IMG/VR virus record: IMGVR_UViG_3300048008_000449
Span: 140,773 to 204,772 of that record
Length of the DNA: 64,000 bases
Direction: 5' to 3' (one strand)
This document shows positions 1 to 9,866 of this stretch, piece by piece. Position 1 is the first letter of the stretch. Each line of letters begins with the position of its first letter. Both the position numbers and the translations under genes were made by a program. The notes below the pieces were generated by a model, which did not search any database, had not been told where the DNA came from, and saw only the letters and a program-made list of their open reading frames with translations.

Positions 1-706
1 CTTGTGCTTCTTTTACCATACGTAGTGCATTTAGATATGAATCTTCTTTCATCTCTCTGCCGTCTACATCGGTTTCAGCTGACGCTGCATCTGCACCTTC
101 AAAATCATCTTCTGCAGGCTCAACTGGTGCATCCGTGTCCATTGCTGGATCTGCTGGTGCATCAAGTTCAGGACCTGTGTCCATTGACATATCTGTTTCT
201 GGTGCTTGGCCTTGTGCTACTAAAACTGCATCAGCAACTTGCTGATTTGCTGTCTTAACTGCTTCAAGTGCTGAACTAATTGCTGTTTCAGCTGATACAT
301 TAAATGCATCTGCTTCTGCTACACCAACTTCTTCTTTCATTGCGTTAGTGATGCTCATTAATTCTTCTACTTGCATGCTAGCTAAATTTTCAGCCATTTT
401 TTGTAGATCGTCTGCCATTTGCTTTGCCGCTAGAAGTACTTCAGCTTGATCAAGTTCGCCTTCCATTACTGGATTCTTTTCCATAACTGTGTTTATACCT
501 TCTAATACTAACAATAACTTCTGATATTGTTTATCGTTAACCTCAACGCCGTTTTCACGTAATGCGTTGATTTTCTTTTCAGTAACTGTTTTTACTTTGG
601 TTAGTTTTGCATTACCTGCACCAAAGTCAAACTGCATACCGAATACTTCTTTTAGAACACTATCTAACTTGGTTAGTTTGTTCACTTGTAATTGTTTTAA
701 TTCCAT
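1..706 (-). CDS. Putative prohead core/scaffold-like protein, runs off the window start
   Basis: Absent from the ORF track because there is no stop in the window. ATG at 706 reads MELKQLQVNKLTKLDSVLKEVFG...EGELDQAEVLLAAKQMADDLQKMAE; acidic and helical; late box at 742-748. Confidence 0.6.
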   Translation of the reverse strand, partial: MELKQLQVNKLTKLDSVLKEVFGMQFDFGAGNAKLTKVKTVTEKKINALRENGVEVNDKQYQKLLLVLEGINTVMEKNPVMEGELDQAEVLLAAKQMADDLQKMAENLASMQVEELMSITNAMKEEVGVAEADAFNVSAETAISSALEAVKTANQQVADAVLVAQGQAPETDMSMDTGPELDAPADPAMDTDAPVEPAEDDFEGADAASAETDVDGREMKEDSYLNALRMVKEAQ

Positions 707-750
707 GTTCAATACCCCACTAGGTTTTTTATATTATATTGTATTTATGC

Positions 751-1368
751 TTAAAGGCTACTTTTGATTTGATTTTTGATACTTTTCATCTTTTGCAGTG
801 CAGATCCTTGTTTTGCCATAGCAATATCTATCTTACTTGACTCTGTTAGCGTTTTTGCCTTCATTTTAAACGTGGCTGCTTCTGCTAAAGCACTAGAATA
901 TCTGTTATCTAAATCCAATAATCTTTCAACCTTACTGTCTTTTTCAAATAATAAACCTTTTACAATACCCATCGCTGTCTCGAACAGTGCTATTTGATTG
1001 TATATAATTTCGTCACCTTCTTTAATATTATAGAACGTTTTTGTCATACCAGGAATAAGAGTAGCTTTTTCTAATACAACTTCATAATCACCTACTGTAA
1101 CACTATTACCTTTTTTAGTCACTGCTGATAATGTAATATCATTATGTGATTCTTGAATAACTTCTTCAGTAGCTTTATGTGTAGCTTCGTCAAGTTTTTG
1201 TAATATTTCTAGCATGCCTTGTGCGTCTTTGCTTACTCCTGCAATAACGTTTGGCGTTGGTGTATTTCTTTGTGATTTTAATTTTTGATGTGCTGTTGGT
1301 TCTTGATTTGCGGCTTCATTAAGTTTGTTAATGATATCCATCATTCCTTGTGTTTCTGGTGTTGGCAT
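751..1368 (-). CDS. Hypothetical, probable head-associated protein
   Basis: 205 aa with LNE/LDE/LTE motifs, coupled to neighbours. Confidence 0.55.
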   Translation of the reverse strand: MPTPETQGMMDIINKLNEAANQEPTAHQKLKSQRNTPTPNVIAGVSKDAQGMLEILQKLDEATHKATEEVIQESHNDITLSAVTKKGNSVTVGDYEVVLEKATLIPGMTKTFYNIKEGDEIIYNQIALFETAMGIVKGLLFEKDSKVERLLDLDNRYSSALAEAATFKMKAKTLTESSKIDIAMAKQGSALQKMKSIKNQIKSSL

Positions 1369-1577
1369 TATAGGCTCCCTTTCATTCGTTCAAAATATAC
1401 TTTGTTATTCTCCACTATTTTCTTAACAATATTTTTGTTAACTAGGCTTTGAATTAGGTAACACTCACGTTCAGATAAATCTTCTTTGCATGTACGTTCT
1501 AATAAATTTTCGTACATCTCGCTTTCGTGAAGTGATAAAAATGTTGGGATTCCGCCTGGAGTTTCAATGCTTTTCAT
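1368..1577 (-). CDS. Small hypothetical protein, possibly winged-helix-like
   Basis: 69 aa with 1-nt stop/start overlaps on both sides. Confidence 0.55.
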   Translation of the reverse strand: MKSIETPGGIPTFLSLHESEMYENLLERTCKEDLSERECYLIQSLVNKNIVKKIVENNKVYFERMKGSL

Positions 1578-2086
1578 TATGCTATCCCGGCTGCCTTTTT
1601 TAGGCGTTCAATTTCTTGTGCGTTATACGCTGACTGGTTACTGTTATTTGCAATACCTTGTGCGTTTTGATTTCTTTGATCATCATCTGGATCTGATTTA
1701 CTGCTAGTTCTTGGTCCAGGATCTCCTGTTGGTACTTTCCTAGAACCTGCTGTGTATCTCTGACTGCCTCTAGAATCTCTATTTGCATCTTGATTAGAAA
1801 TAGTTGCACGTCTTTGGTCTACACCTGATCCTTGTGATCTAATTGTTGCTCTACTTGGTTGGGCTGTTTGTGTTGTTCCATATGCTTCTGAAACTGCACT
1901 TAAATCTATAATTTCTGAAAACCCATCGCCGTCATCGCTTTTCATTGTGCTTAATAGTTTTAAAGTTTGTGAAAAAGATAAACCTTTTAGTTGACTAACA
2001 ACTTGTTCCTTTGTTAGTTCCATTCCAAATTTTACGTTTGCAAAATCTATTACTGTATCAATAGTACTGTTATTTAAAATATTCAT
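1577..2086 (-). CDS. Hypothetical, probable head-internal protein
   Basis: VSE|A motif, disordered Q/N/S-rich half, C-terminal EIERLKKAAGI. Confidence 0.55.
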   Translation of the reverse strand: MNILNNSTIDTVIDFANVKFGMELTKEQVVSQLKGLSFSQTLKLLSTMKSDDGDGFSEIIDLSAVSEAYGTTQTAQPSRATIRSQGSGVDQRRATISNQDANRDSRGSQRYTAGSRKVPTGDPGPRTSSKSDPDDDQRNQNAQGIANNSNQSAYNAQEIERLKKAAGIA

Positions 2087-2370
2087 CCTCTTGCCTTATT
2101 TAACCTTGCAACAATACGACTAGCTGGGCTAAGTCTTTTTGTTCTTTGCGCCTTTTTATTCATCCTAGCACCTTTGGCGGCTTTTGTTCTTTTTAAAATA
2201 AATCTCTTCTTAAGATTTATTGGGGCTGCACATTGACTAGGATTTGCAACAACCCTTCCTTTACGTGGACCTACAGTGCAACGAAACTTTCTCGTTACTG
2301 ATTTGCCACGTTTAGCAAAAACTACTTTTGCTTCTGTAACAACTGTATTATATGCCTCGTTCAGTAACAT
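2083..2370 (-). CDS. Highly basic small protein with a short acidic propeptide, candidate DNA-binding core protein
   Basis: MLLNEAYNTVVTE followed by a K/R-rich body. Confidence 0.6.
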   Translation of the reverse strand: MLLNEAYNTVVTEAKVVFAKRGKSVTRKFRCTVGPRKGRVVANPSQCAAPINLKKRFILKRTKAAKGARMNKKAQRTKRLSPASRIVARLNKARG

Positions 2371-2373
2371 TTA

Positions 2374-2673
2374 CTATCCACCTACCAGTGGTGTTACTGT
2401 TTGTAAATTTAGTAGTAGTAATACTACAGTAGAAAGCAATCCTGCAATAACCGTAGCGGCAGCACCAATAACTAGTTTATTACTAGATAAGGTTGAAGCA
2501 GTTTGTTTTTCTGCCATCTTGCCCATTGTTTCTGTCAAAGAGTCTACTTTAGACTCTAGTCTATTTAATTTTTCTTCTAACACGCGATATCTCTCTGCAC
2601 ATAAATCTACATGTGCTTCTAGATTTTCACGCTCAAGTCTTGACTGGTTCATTGCCATATTTTGCTCTCGCAA
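2374..2673 (-). CDS. Coiled-coil protein with a C-terminal transmembrane helix (holin/XhlA-like architecture)
   Basis: Heptad region then LVIGAAATVIAGLLSTVVLLLL; the true start may be downstream. Confidence 0.55.
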   Translation of the reverse strand: MREQNMAMNQSRLERENLEAHVDLCAERYRVLEEKLNRLESKVDSLTETMGKMAEKQTASTLSSNKLVIGAAATVIAGLLSTVVLLLLNLQTVTPLVGG

Positions 2674-2732
2674 TCTTTAGCAGCGTCTTATAGAGCTGAT
2701 TTAATTATATACATTCGTTGTACATATACTAT

Positions 2733-3188
2733 TTATATGTTTTGGCGATAGTTAAAGTACGTGTTTTTACTTGCTGTACTTGTATCTACTATCTCAGGAT
2801 TAATATTTGCTGTTTCATCTAATATTGTATGAACTGGCATTTTATCAAAATCCTGTACTAACATATGAATACTGTTTTCTTCATATTTCCATGCATCTGC
2901 TGTTTCACTAGCAAACTTTAATACCCAAACATCCTGTACTCCAGAAAAGTTTGAACCAAAATCATAGTCATCTAAATTCTGTGCGTCTAAAAACTCAACT
3001 GAACTTAATACTGGTTGAGAACGTAAACTTATACTTTGAATGAAAGTATTTAAATTTTGTGCTTGATAGTATCCTTTTGCATCTACTTTAGGACTAACAA
3101 CACCTGAATCTGTGATATCTATTAATGTATAAACTGTATAGAAGTCAGTCGACCCTGTTAAAACCTCATTCGGTCTACTTACACCCAT
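2733..3188 (-). CDS. Hypothetical phage protein
   Basis: 151 aa ORF in operon; YTVYTLIDITDSG. Confidence 0.55.
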   Translation of the reverse strand: MGVSRPNEVLTGSTDFYTVYTLIDITDSGVVSPKVDAKGYYQAQNLNTFIQSISLRSQPVLSSVEFLDAQNLDDYDFGSNFSGVQDVWVLKFASETADAWKYEENSIHMLVQDFDKMPVHTILDETANINPEIVDTSTASKNTYFNYRQNI

Positions 3189-3190
3189 TA

Positions 3191-3946
3191 TTACATGCCT
3201 GTAAGTTTACCAGCAGTATAACCTGCCGCAAACGCCGCTGCACCACGTGCAATACGTTTCCCAATACCTGATTTTTCTTTATCACCAAGTTCTAATCCTG
3301 ATTCTGCTGAATATTTAGAAAATATAGGAAACAAGTCACTGCGTCTAGCATTTAGTCTAAAATGTTTATTAATTTGTGTTGCCGCTAATTGTTGTTGATT
3401 TGTTGTTAAATTAGTCCAGTCACCTACTAAACGTCTTGCCGCTCTTAGTTTAGGATCTTGTATTGCTAGATCCTTTTCTAATTTGTAGAAAAACGCTTGT
3501 GCTTGTCCTGGGTTAACTTTACCAGTTTCAATCTGCTTCATAAACATTCTAATTTTACGCTGATCAATATTTACTTTATTTAAAAGTAATTTATCAGCTT
3601 CTGAATTTACTAGTCCTTCTGGTTTTAAAATTGTATGTAATGACTGATACATATCAGTTCCACTTGGACTAGGTCTATTGTAATTTCCAAATCTATTTGT
3701 ATTTTTTGCATAATTTTTTGCAACAGGTGCATACTTGTAATCATTTGACATAGCATATAAACTTAACATGCTTACAAAAAAATGATCTGTAACTGTTCTA
3801 GCACCTTCTTTACTAATTTGATGTTTTGACTTAAACATACGTGCTTCACCTAGTGAATTCATAAATGAATATTGGTTAGTAGTATCATCCATTGTATGTC
3901 CGCCTTCCATAGCCGCATATTGTTGCAATGTATATTTTTTAGTCAT
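3191..3946 (-). CDS. Hypothetical, probable virion protein
   Basis: 251 aa, LGE|A motif, Gly/Ala-rich C-terminal helix. Confidence 0.55.
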   Translation of the reverse strand: MTKKYTLQQYAAMEGGHTMDDTTNQYSFMNSLGEARMFKSKHQISKEGARTVTDHFFVSMLSLYAMSNDYKYAPVAKNYAKNTNRFGNYNRPSPSGTDMYQSLHTILKPEGLVNSEADKLLLNKVNIDQRKIRMFMKQIETGKVNPGQAQAFFYKLEKDLAIQDPKLRAARRLVGDWTNLTTNQQQLAATQINKHFRLNARRSDLFPIFSKYSAESGLELGDKEKSGIGKRIARGAAAFAAGYTAGKLTGM

Positions 3947-4139
3947 TTTTGTTCTCCGTTGCTATCATTAAACATGTTTCGCTTGCATAAGTTTTAAAAT
4001 AACGTGGAGCGAAAGCATGTACAAATACTGCCATTGATGCTCTTTTTAAACTCCATGCAATACTTATTGCATGTTTAAAATGTTGCCAACGTGTCATGTT
4101 AGCTTCTTCTAAATGTAGTTTACATTGTTTACTGTACAT
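3939..4139 (-). CDS. DUF6356-like small protein
   Basis: HLEEANMTRWQHFKHA...VHAFAP pattern; paralogue at 47664-47948. Confidence 0.6.
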   Translation of the reverse strand: MYSKQCKLHLEEANMTRWQHFKHAISIAWSLKRASMAVFVHAFAPRYFKTYASETCLMIATENKND

Positions 4140-5332
4140 TAATTATTCCTTGCCATGTTTGCCGCTGTAAAGCCTGCTCTATTAACAAGTTTAACATCTT
4201 TGTCAACTACATAACCTTCTCCGCCACGTTGTCCATTTGTATATGATTCTACATCTGCGTCTTGTGCGTCTAAAGTTTTGATGACTGTATTTTTAACTTT
4301 CATAATTCCTTTAATAAAATTAAAAGTTGCATTAAACCCATCTATGTTACTATTTATGTATTCTAAAAGACGAGCTTGTTTTGGTTTTGATAATTTACTT
4401 CCTTCAACATACTTTTGAAATGTACTTCCTAAATTATCTAAGTTACCTGCTTTTACACTATTATTAATATAAGCATAAAGTATCTTACCAAAGTCTGCCA
4501 TTTTTAATTCTGCTGGTACTGCAAACAATTTATCTATTGCTTGTGCATTTTTATCTAAATAATTCTCTAATTCGTCTATTGCTGGAATATCTACACCTGG
4601 TGATTTTTGTACCATTACAGGTGGCATAATATATGTTGGTCCACCTTGGAATTGTGACATATCAACTTTACTCTTTTCGCCATCAAGTCCAATTGACATG
4701 TGTACTACGACACCTACGTCACTGTCTGTTATTTTCTTTCCAACTTCGCTATCTACTTTAACCTGATATGTTGTTGTATTAGGAGTGAATATATATTTGT
4801 TTTCTTTTACGTCTGGCGTTGTAAACCATAGTAAGTCACCCATTACATATCCTCTAAAATCACTTGGTACAGTTGCTTCTACTTTATCCCAGATACTTCT
4901 CATTTTACCTGCGAATGCTTTATAGTTTGCCGCTTTAGTAGCATCAGGATTGCTTGCACCAGGACGATTGAATAACATTTTTTCTAAGCCTTCAGCACTA
5001 GTTGGTTTACCATCATATCCTTTAGCAGTAAATCCACTCTTATCTGTTAATATAAACTCGCCTTGTTCATTACGACCAAATATAACGGCCGGAGATCCAT
5101 CCCATTTAATAGTTACTGTGTTAGGTTGTTGTTCTACTTGATGTAGTGTAGCAATTGCTTTTCTTGCACCCGCTGAAGCATCCCATAGAATTAAGTCTTC
5201 TAAATGCTGAATACGTGCATCTTCACGTAGCTTTTTAGCTTCTGGTTGGAATAAATCTTTTCCAATTAATCTATGTAGTCTAGAATTTCTAGGCTTACGC
5301 TTTTTGCTTCCTACAATATCTGTTATTTTCAT
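4139..5332 (-). CDS. ATP-dependent ligase/RNA-ligase-fold nucleotidyltransferase (DUF6267-like)
   Basis: Motif I TIKWDGSPA, GDLLW, GGEGYVV and C-terminal VKLVNR. Confidence 0.7.
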   Translation of the reverse strand: MKITDIVGSKKRKPRNSRLHRLIGKDLFQPEAKKLREDARIQHLEDLILWDASAGARKAIATLHQVEQQPNTVTIKWDGSPAVIFGRNEQGEFILTDKSGFTAKGYDGKPTSAEGLEKMLFNRPGASNPDATKAANYKAFAGKMRSIWDKVEATVPSDFRGYVMGDLLWFTTPDVKENKYIFTPNTTTYQVKVDSEVGKKITDSDVGVVVHMSIGLDGEKSKVDMSQFQGGPTYIMPPVMVQKSPGVDIPAIDELENYLDKNAQAIDKLFAVPAELKMADFGKILYAYINNSVKAGNLDNLGSTFQKYVEGSKLSKPKQARLLEYINSNIDGFNATFNFIKGIMKVKNTVIKTLDAQDADVESYTNGQRGGEGYVVDKDVKLVNRAGFTAANMARNN

Positions 5333-5577
5333 TTAGGACCTCTAATCTTCTTAACTCCACGGTTAAAACGTTCTGCATCTCTATTCTTAATACTTAACAT
5401 AATACGTTTAGTAAGATCTTGAGCAGTATCTACATCATAATTAGAATCAATCATCTCAAGAATATTAATAATACTACTTATTGCATTATTACCTTTACTC
5501 TCCAGAATGCTAGTCTTGTCTTTTCTAGGGGCAAGTGAGTTAATTTCCTCTAATAGACTTCGAGTACGTTTTTTCAT
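5329..5577 (-). CDS. Hypothetical phage protein
   Basis: 82 aa, GGAG RBS, late box at 5609-5615. Confidence 0.6.
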   Translation of the reverse strand: MKKRTRSLLEEINSLAPRKDKTSILESKGNNAISSIINILEMIDSNYDVDTAQDLTKRIMLSIKNRDAERFNRGVKKIRGPK

Positions 5578-5615
5578 TTTTTTTCTCCGTAATAAGTTTA
5601 CTTTGTAGTATTTAT

Positions 5616-7025
5616 CTAACTATTACTTCTTTTGAGCATACTGCGAAGTTTATCATGCCCTGTTATAGTGTTTTCAACAACACTATTCTCAGCAATGTTC
5701 TTTTCTTGGTGTGTTGTTTTGTTTTGTGCCTTAATTTTCTCAAACATAGCACTAGGTTGATTCATTGTAGATCCTGCTTCATCGTCATCTAAGTCCTCAA
5801 TACGTAAGCCTGATATATCAAATTTTAAGTCTACTTTTTGTCCAACACCGCTACTACTACGTGTTTTCATAAACTGAATTTGATAACGCCCACGTTCACG
5901 CATAGCTTGGCTTGTAAAAATACCAATTACGTTATCCGCTGTTTGAATCTTACTTAAACCACCAGCAATATGAGAATGATCAAATTCTACTTCTTCTACA
6001 GCCGCTCTGTTTAGCTGTGATGCTGTAGCAAATAGTAAATCATGTTCTACTGCAAAGTTACGCAATTCTTCAGATACAAACTTATCTTTAATAAACAAAT
6101 CACTAGGATTAACTTTGCTCTGTGCTGGCATCATTAAGTCTAAGTAATCTATACAAATTGCATCAATTTTAATATCGTTCTTAACTTCATATTCACGTAA
6201 GTAACTAGTAATAGCATTGATTGTAATACCATTTGGTAATTGTACAATTTGTAATTTACCTGCATTTTTACCTTGCATACGTACTTTTAAATCTACGTCA
6301 TCTGCATTTTTAAATACGTCACGTGTATTCATTCCTGTTAACATACTATCTAATCGCATACTACATAGTTCTTCACTAAGTTCTAAACTAATGTATACAA
6401 CATTCAAGCCTGCTAGTGCCCAATTTAATCCTAAGTTTTGTAAGAACAAACTCTTACCACCACCTGATGGTGCAGCAAATATATTCAATTCACCTCTATT
6501 AAATCCACCATATAGTTTCTTATCAATTTCTGCCCAACCTGTACTTGTACCGCCACGCTGATTACGTACTCTTTCAATACGTTCTGCAGGAGATTCCCAA
6601 TAGTCTGTTCCCATATGTTTAGCAAGTCCAATTTGTACTGCTTCTTTTACCATACGTTCTACTGGTCCATAATCACCCTTTTCCAATAAATCTGCACTTT
6701 TTAAAATTGCCGCTTCTAATGCTTTATGTTTACAAAATACTTCAAACTCATCAATAAACCATTTCTTATGTCTATCATCTACGTCTTTTAATTCTTGTAA
6801 TTCTAATCCTGTTGTTGCTACAATTTGTTCTAATGTAGGTAATGCACTATATCCAGTTGCATGTTCTTTTATAAACTCTACACCTTTACGTAATTCTCTA
6901 TCAAAGTATTCAGGATCTAATATGCCGTTTACCCTAGCAAATAAGTCTTTATCTTGTGCTAAAAATTCTACAAACAATCGTTGTAGATCTATATTATATT
7001 CTTTTGCTTGTTCTGTCATTTGCAA
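5616..7025 (-). CDS. Replicative DnaB/gp41-like helicase
   Basis: STGW...GGFNRGEL, Walker A APSGGGKS, IDYLDLM, TASQLNR, KTRSS. Confidence 0.95.
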   Translation of the reverse strand: MQMTEQAKEYNIDLQRLFVEFLAQDKDLFARVNGILDPEYFDRELRKGVEFIKEHATGYSALPTLEQIVATTGLELQELKDVDDRHKKWFIDEFEVFCKHKALEAAILKSADLLEKGDYGPVERMVKEAVQIGLAKHMGTDYWESPAERIERVRNQRGGTSTGWAEIDKKLYGGFNRGELNIFAAPSGGGKSLFLQNLGLNWALAGLNVVYISLELSEELCSMRLDSMLTGMNTRDVFKNADDVDLKVRMQGKNAGKLQIVQLPNGITINAITSYLREYEVKNDIKIDAICIDYLDLMMPAQSKVNPSDLFIKDKFVSEELRNFAVEHDLLFATASQLNRAAVEEVEFDHSHIAGGLSKIQTADNVIGIFTSQAMRERGRYQIQFMKTRSSSGVGQKVDLKFDISGLRIEDLDDDEAGSTMNQPSAMFEKIKAQNKTTHQEKNIAENSVVENTITGHDKLRSMLKRSNS

Positions 7026-8029
7026 TACTTTCTCATTAATAGTTCAATTTTAGTTGAATTCTTTTCAGCACTATCTATTATACTTGTTATTGTATACAAT
7101 CTTCCGTATTTTGTCAAGGCATCACTTGCATCTTTACAATCTTTCCACTCGGGAAATGCTACCATCCAACCATTTTTTATAGCTGATTTACACATTAATT
7201 TACCAGCTTCATCTGCGTCTGGTAATACTATAATTTGTTTTTCTAAGCTATGTAATATGTCTGCTTGTTCGTCATTTATATTATTACTACCAATTGCACA
7301 ACCATCTGTAACAATAGCATCAAGTTGGCCTTCAGTTACAATAACAAACTGTTTATCACTGGTTTGTTTATCTAACCCATATACAAAGTCTTTTTTAGGT
7401 TGCTGATTATAGTATTTAGGCATTCCGTCAGGAATATTGTTTCCTGCCCATCTTGCTGTATAACCAACTACTTTACCTTTATATGTAAATGGTAATATAA
7501 ATCTTTTATTTACTCTTCCATGCTGTTTACTAGGACTCCACATAAATCTAGAATCTGTTACATCGAATCCTCGATCTGTTAAGTATGCTACTGCTTCTGT
7601 CCAATCTGCATTTGGCTCTGTAAATTCCATAAAAGGTTTTGCATCATCAGGAAGTTTTTTCTCATCCCAATCAATAACTAAATTTTTACGTTTTTCAGTT
7701 TTTATTAATAATGTTTCTACGTCTTGTTCACGTAATAGTTCTAACTGTATACGTTGTATATCACTCTCATCAGCACCAAGTGTAACTAACAAGTTTTTTA
7801 ACCTTACTGTAATTTTACTTTGTGGACTCCAACCTGTTTTATAGTTGCAATTAAAACAATTATACTGAAATTTATCATCATCAAATAAGAACCCACCTCT
7901 GCCTTTCTTATCTGGTCTTGCTTGTCCATTACGTACACACATAGGACAGTTACCGCTAATCCAACCACTAGGGCTAGACCGCCAATTAACCGGAACCAGA
8001 GTTCTCACGTATTCATTCATTAAAGCCAT
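7016..8029 (-). CDS. DNA primase (gp61-like)
   Basis: Zn finger CPMC...CFNC; TOPRIM TEGQLD and PDAD; KDASD. Confidence 0.9.
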   Translation of the reverse strand: MALMNEYVRTLVPVNWRSSPSGWISGNCPMCVRNGQARPDKKGRGGFLFDDDKFQYNCFNCNYKTGWSPQSKITVRLKNLLVTLGADESDIQRIQLELLREQDVETLLIKTEKRKNLVIDWDEKKLPDDAKPFMEFTEPNADWTEAVAYLTDRGFDVTDSRFMWSPSKQHGRVNKRFILPFTYKGKVVGYTARWAGNNIPDGMPKYYNQQPKKDFVYGLDKQTSDKQFVIVTEGQLDAIVTDGCAIGSNNINDEQADILHSLEKQIIVLPDADEAGKLMCKSAIKNGWMVAFPEWKDCKDASDALTKYGRLYTITSIIDSAEKNSTKIELLMRKYCK

Positions 8030-8035
8030 GTGTAT

Positions 8036-8064
8036 ATATTACACTCTAACTATAACTTTGTCAA
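8036..8064 (-). promoter_or_regulatory. Sigma70-type promoter of a leaderless primase
   Basis: TTGACA-17-TAATAT-6 nt-ATG. Confidence 0.7.
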
Positions 8065-8872
8065 GTGTTCCTGTAGGTTGAGTGTGTTTTGTTCTAATAT
8101 ATTTGACATTTGTACGGAATGTCCATGGATCTATGCCAGTGTGCCCGTTATATGGGTAGAATGGTTGTGTATATGTACCTAATGTAATATCAAACCAATC
8201 ATCTTCTGTTGGGTTATCGCTTAATGCACCCTGTACCCAAAAGTTACCAGTATATCCTGTTCCGTAAACAGCAATAGTAATAAGACCGTTTGGCTTATTA
8301 TAATAACCAGTTGCACGTAATGCACTACTAAAGTAATATGTGTCTGTGTTGATTATTTGTGTAGTAAATGAATCATTAATTTGTGTAGTAAGTGGTAATG
8401 CATCGCCTTCTTCTGAACACTCAACTGTATAATTAGGTCTCATATTCAAATCACAATACATAGGAACTACTAAGCCCTTGTCAGTTGTGTAACTAAAAAC
8501 TAAGTCATATAACCCTTGTGAAAATAAACTACTTTCACCACTAGTTATTACTACTTTCACAGATCCTGCATCATAATCAGTTATTATTGCTTTTTTACTT
8601 ATTACTGTTGATCTATCGCCTCTGTCAATTAATGATACTTGCATTGTTGTACCATGAAGCATAATAGGTTTTCTATCTTGATTTTTTACAAAGAAGAAAA
8701 ACTCAGTATCAAACCCACGAAATAGTTTTAAAAATCTATAATTAACTGGACTATTAACGGCAGTACCTTTAGCACTTGCATATTTTCCTAATCCTGGTGC
8801 TGAACCATGATCCTCTAATGCGTATAATTCGCCTGTTTGGTTTATATTATATGTTGTTCCGTAATTTGACAT
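8039..8872 (-). CDS. Beta-rich, probably structural protein
   Basis: T/G/Y-rich; late box at 8892-8898; AGGAG RBS. Confidence 0.5.
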   Translation of the reverse strand: MSNYGTTYNINQTGELYALEDHGSAPGLGKYASAKGTAVNSPVNYRFLKLFRGFDTEFFFFVKNQDRKPIMLHGTTMQVSLIDRGDRSTVISKKAIITDYDAGSVKVVITSGESSLFSQGLYDLVFSYTTDKGLVVPMYCDLNMRPNYTVECSEEGDALPLTTQINDSFTTQIINTDTYYFSSALRATGYYNKPNGLITIAVYGTGYTGNFWVQGALSDNPTEDDWFDITLGTYTQPFYPYNGHTGIDPWTFRTNVKYIRTKHTQPTGTLDKVIVRV

Positions 8873-8891
8873 GTGTTAGACTCCTGTATTG

Positions 8892-8929
8892 TATTTATCA
8901 AATACTACCAGATTTTGAAAGCATAAATA
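8892..8929. promoter_or_regulatory. Divergent pair of late boxes
   Basis: ATAAATA on minus (8892-8898) and on plus (8923-8929). Confidence 0.7.
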
Positions 8930-8935
8930 GATGTA

Positions 8936-9307
8936 ATGCAAACGAAACATCAGAAACTCTTGGACGAATATCCGTTCCTTACTGTAGTAGAGTATGCTAG
9001 CAATGAGTATCTTGGTATAATTCAAAACATAGATAACCATGTTGCTAGTATGTATGTCTACGATCGATTAAACGAAACCTCAGAAAAAGCAAAGTTCTTA
9101 GCACTTGGCGAAGAATGGTGGTGGGAAACTAATAGAAAGTTACCTATTAATATTGCATTACTTAATAGATGGAATTTCCAATATTGTGTACAAAGTTTTA
9201 ATGTTAAACAAATGGACGTAATTGCAGGGCCTGAAGTAAGATTAAGTAATAGCATTACTAAACGTATCAAACGCAGAAGTATTAATCTTGTAAAGAAAAA
9301 CCAGTAG
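8936..9307 (+). CDS. Hypothetical phage protein
   Basis: 123 aa; EWWWETNRKLPI; late box at 8923-8929 directly upstream. Confidence 0.7.
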   Translation: MQTKHQKLLDEYPFLTVVEYASNEYLGIIQNIDNHVASMYVYDRLNETSEKAKFLALGEEWWWETNRKLPINIALLNRWNFQYCVQSFNVKQMDVIAGPEVRLSNSITKRIKRRSINLVKKNQ

Positions 9308-9866
9308 CAAGCATATTTAATTGTAATACAATAGCCATTGCATATGCATGGGCATGTGCTTTCTTAAAATAGTAGTCGCCATTTGTAGGCTTTATCCATA
9401 CTTCATTATTAATGGTATTCCAATCTTTACCAATTAAATATCTTTTGGCTGGTCTAATTACTGCTAATACTGCGGCCATTTGTTCTACACTCTTAGGTTT
9501 CATCTGCCCAACAACACCAAAGTGTTTATGAATATGAAAACATTGTTCTACAACTTCTTTGTGTTCTAACAATTCCCACATTGGTTCCATTGCTAGTAAA
9601 TCATCTAATTGTTTCTTAGATTCAATCTTTTTATATAAGCCAACGTTAAGTATATCAATTTTAAAATATCCCATACTTTCAGCTTCTTTGTGATCAATTG
9701 TAGACATACCTGTAAATGGATTGCTAGGAATGTCATGGAAGTATATACCAGTATTGTGCTTAACTTGCTTGTTATCACGTGCAATCATTGCTGGTATTCC
9801 ATTAATAATATTAAGTAGCTTATCTCTATTTGCTACATCAATATCAATATCTGTGTTTACTATCAT
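9282..9866 (-). CDS. dnaE: Minimal C-family DNA polymerase (Pol III alpha) catalytic fragment
   Basis: TDIDID, KHNTGIYF, YFKIDILNV, AVIRPA and YFKKAHAHAYA match DnaE PDIDxD, HAGG, KxDFLG, LYRPG and FNKSHAxAY. Confidence 0.8.
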   Translation of the reverse strand: MIVNTDIDIDVANRDKLLNIINGIPAMIARDNKQVKHNTGIYFHDIPSNPFTGMSTIDHKEAESMGYFKIDILNVGLYKKIESKKQLDDLLAMEPMWELLEHKEVVEQCFHIHKHFGVVGQMKPKSVEQMAAVLAVIRPAKRYLIGKDWNTINNEVWIKPTNGDYYFKKAHAHAYAMAIVLQLNMLATGFSLQD

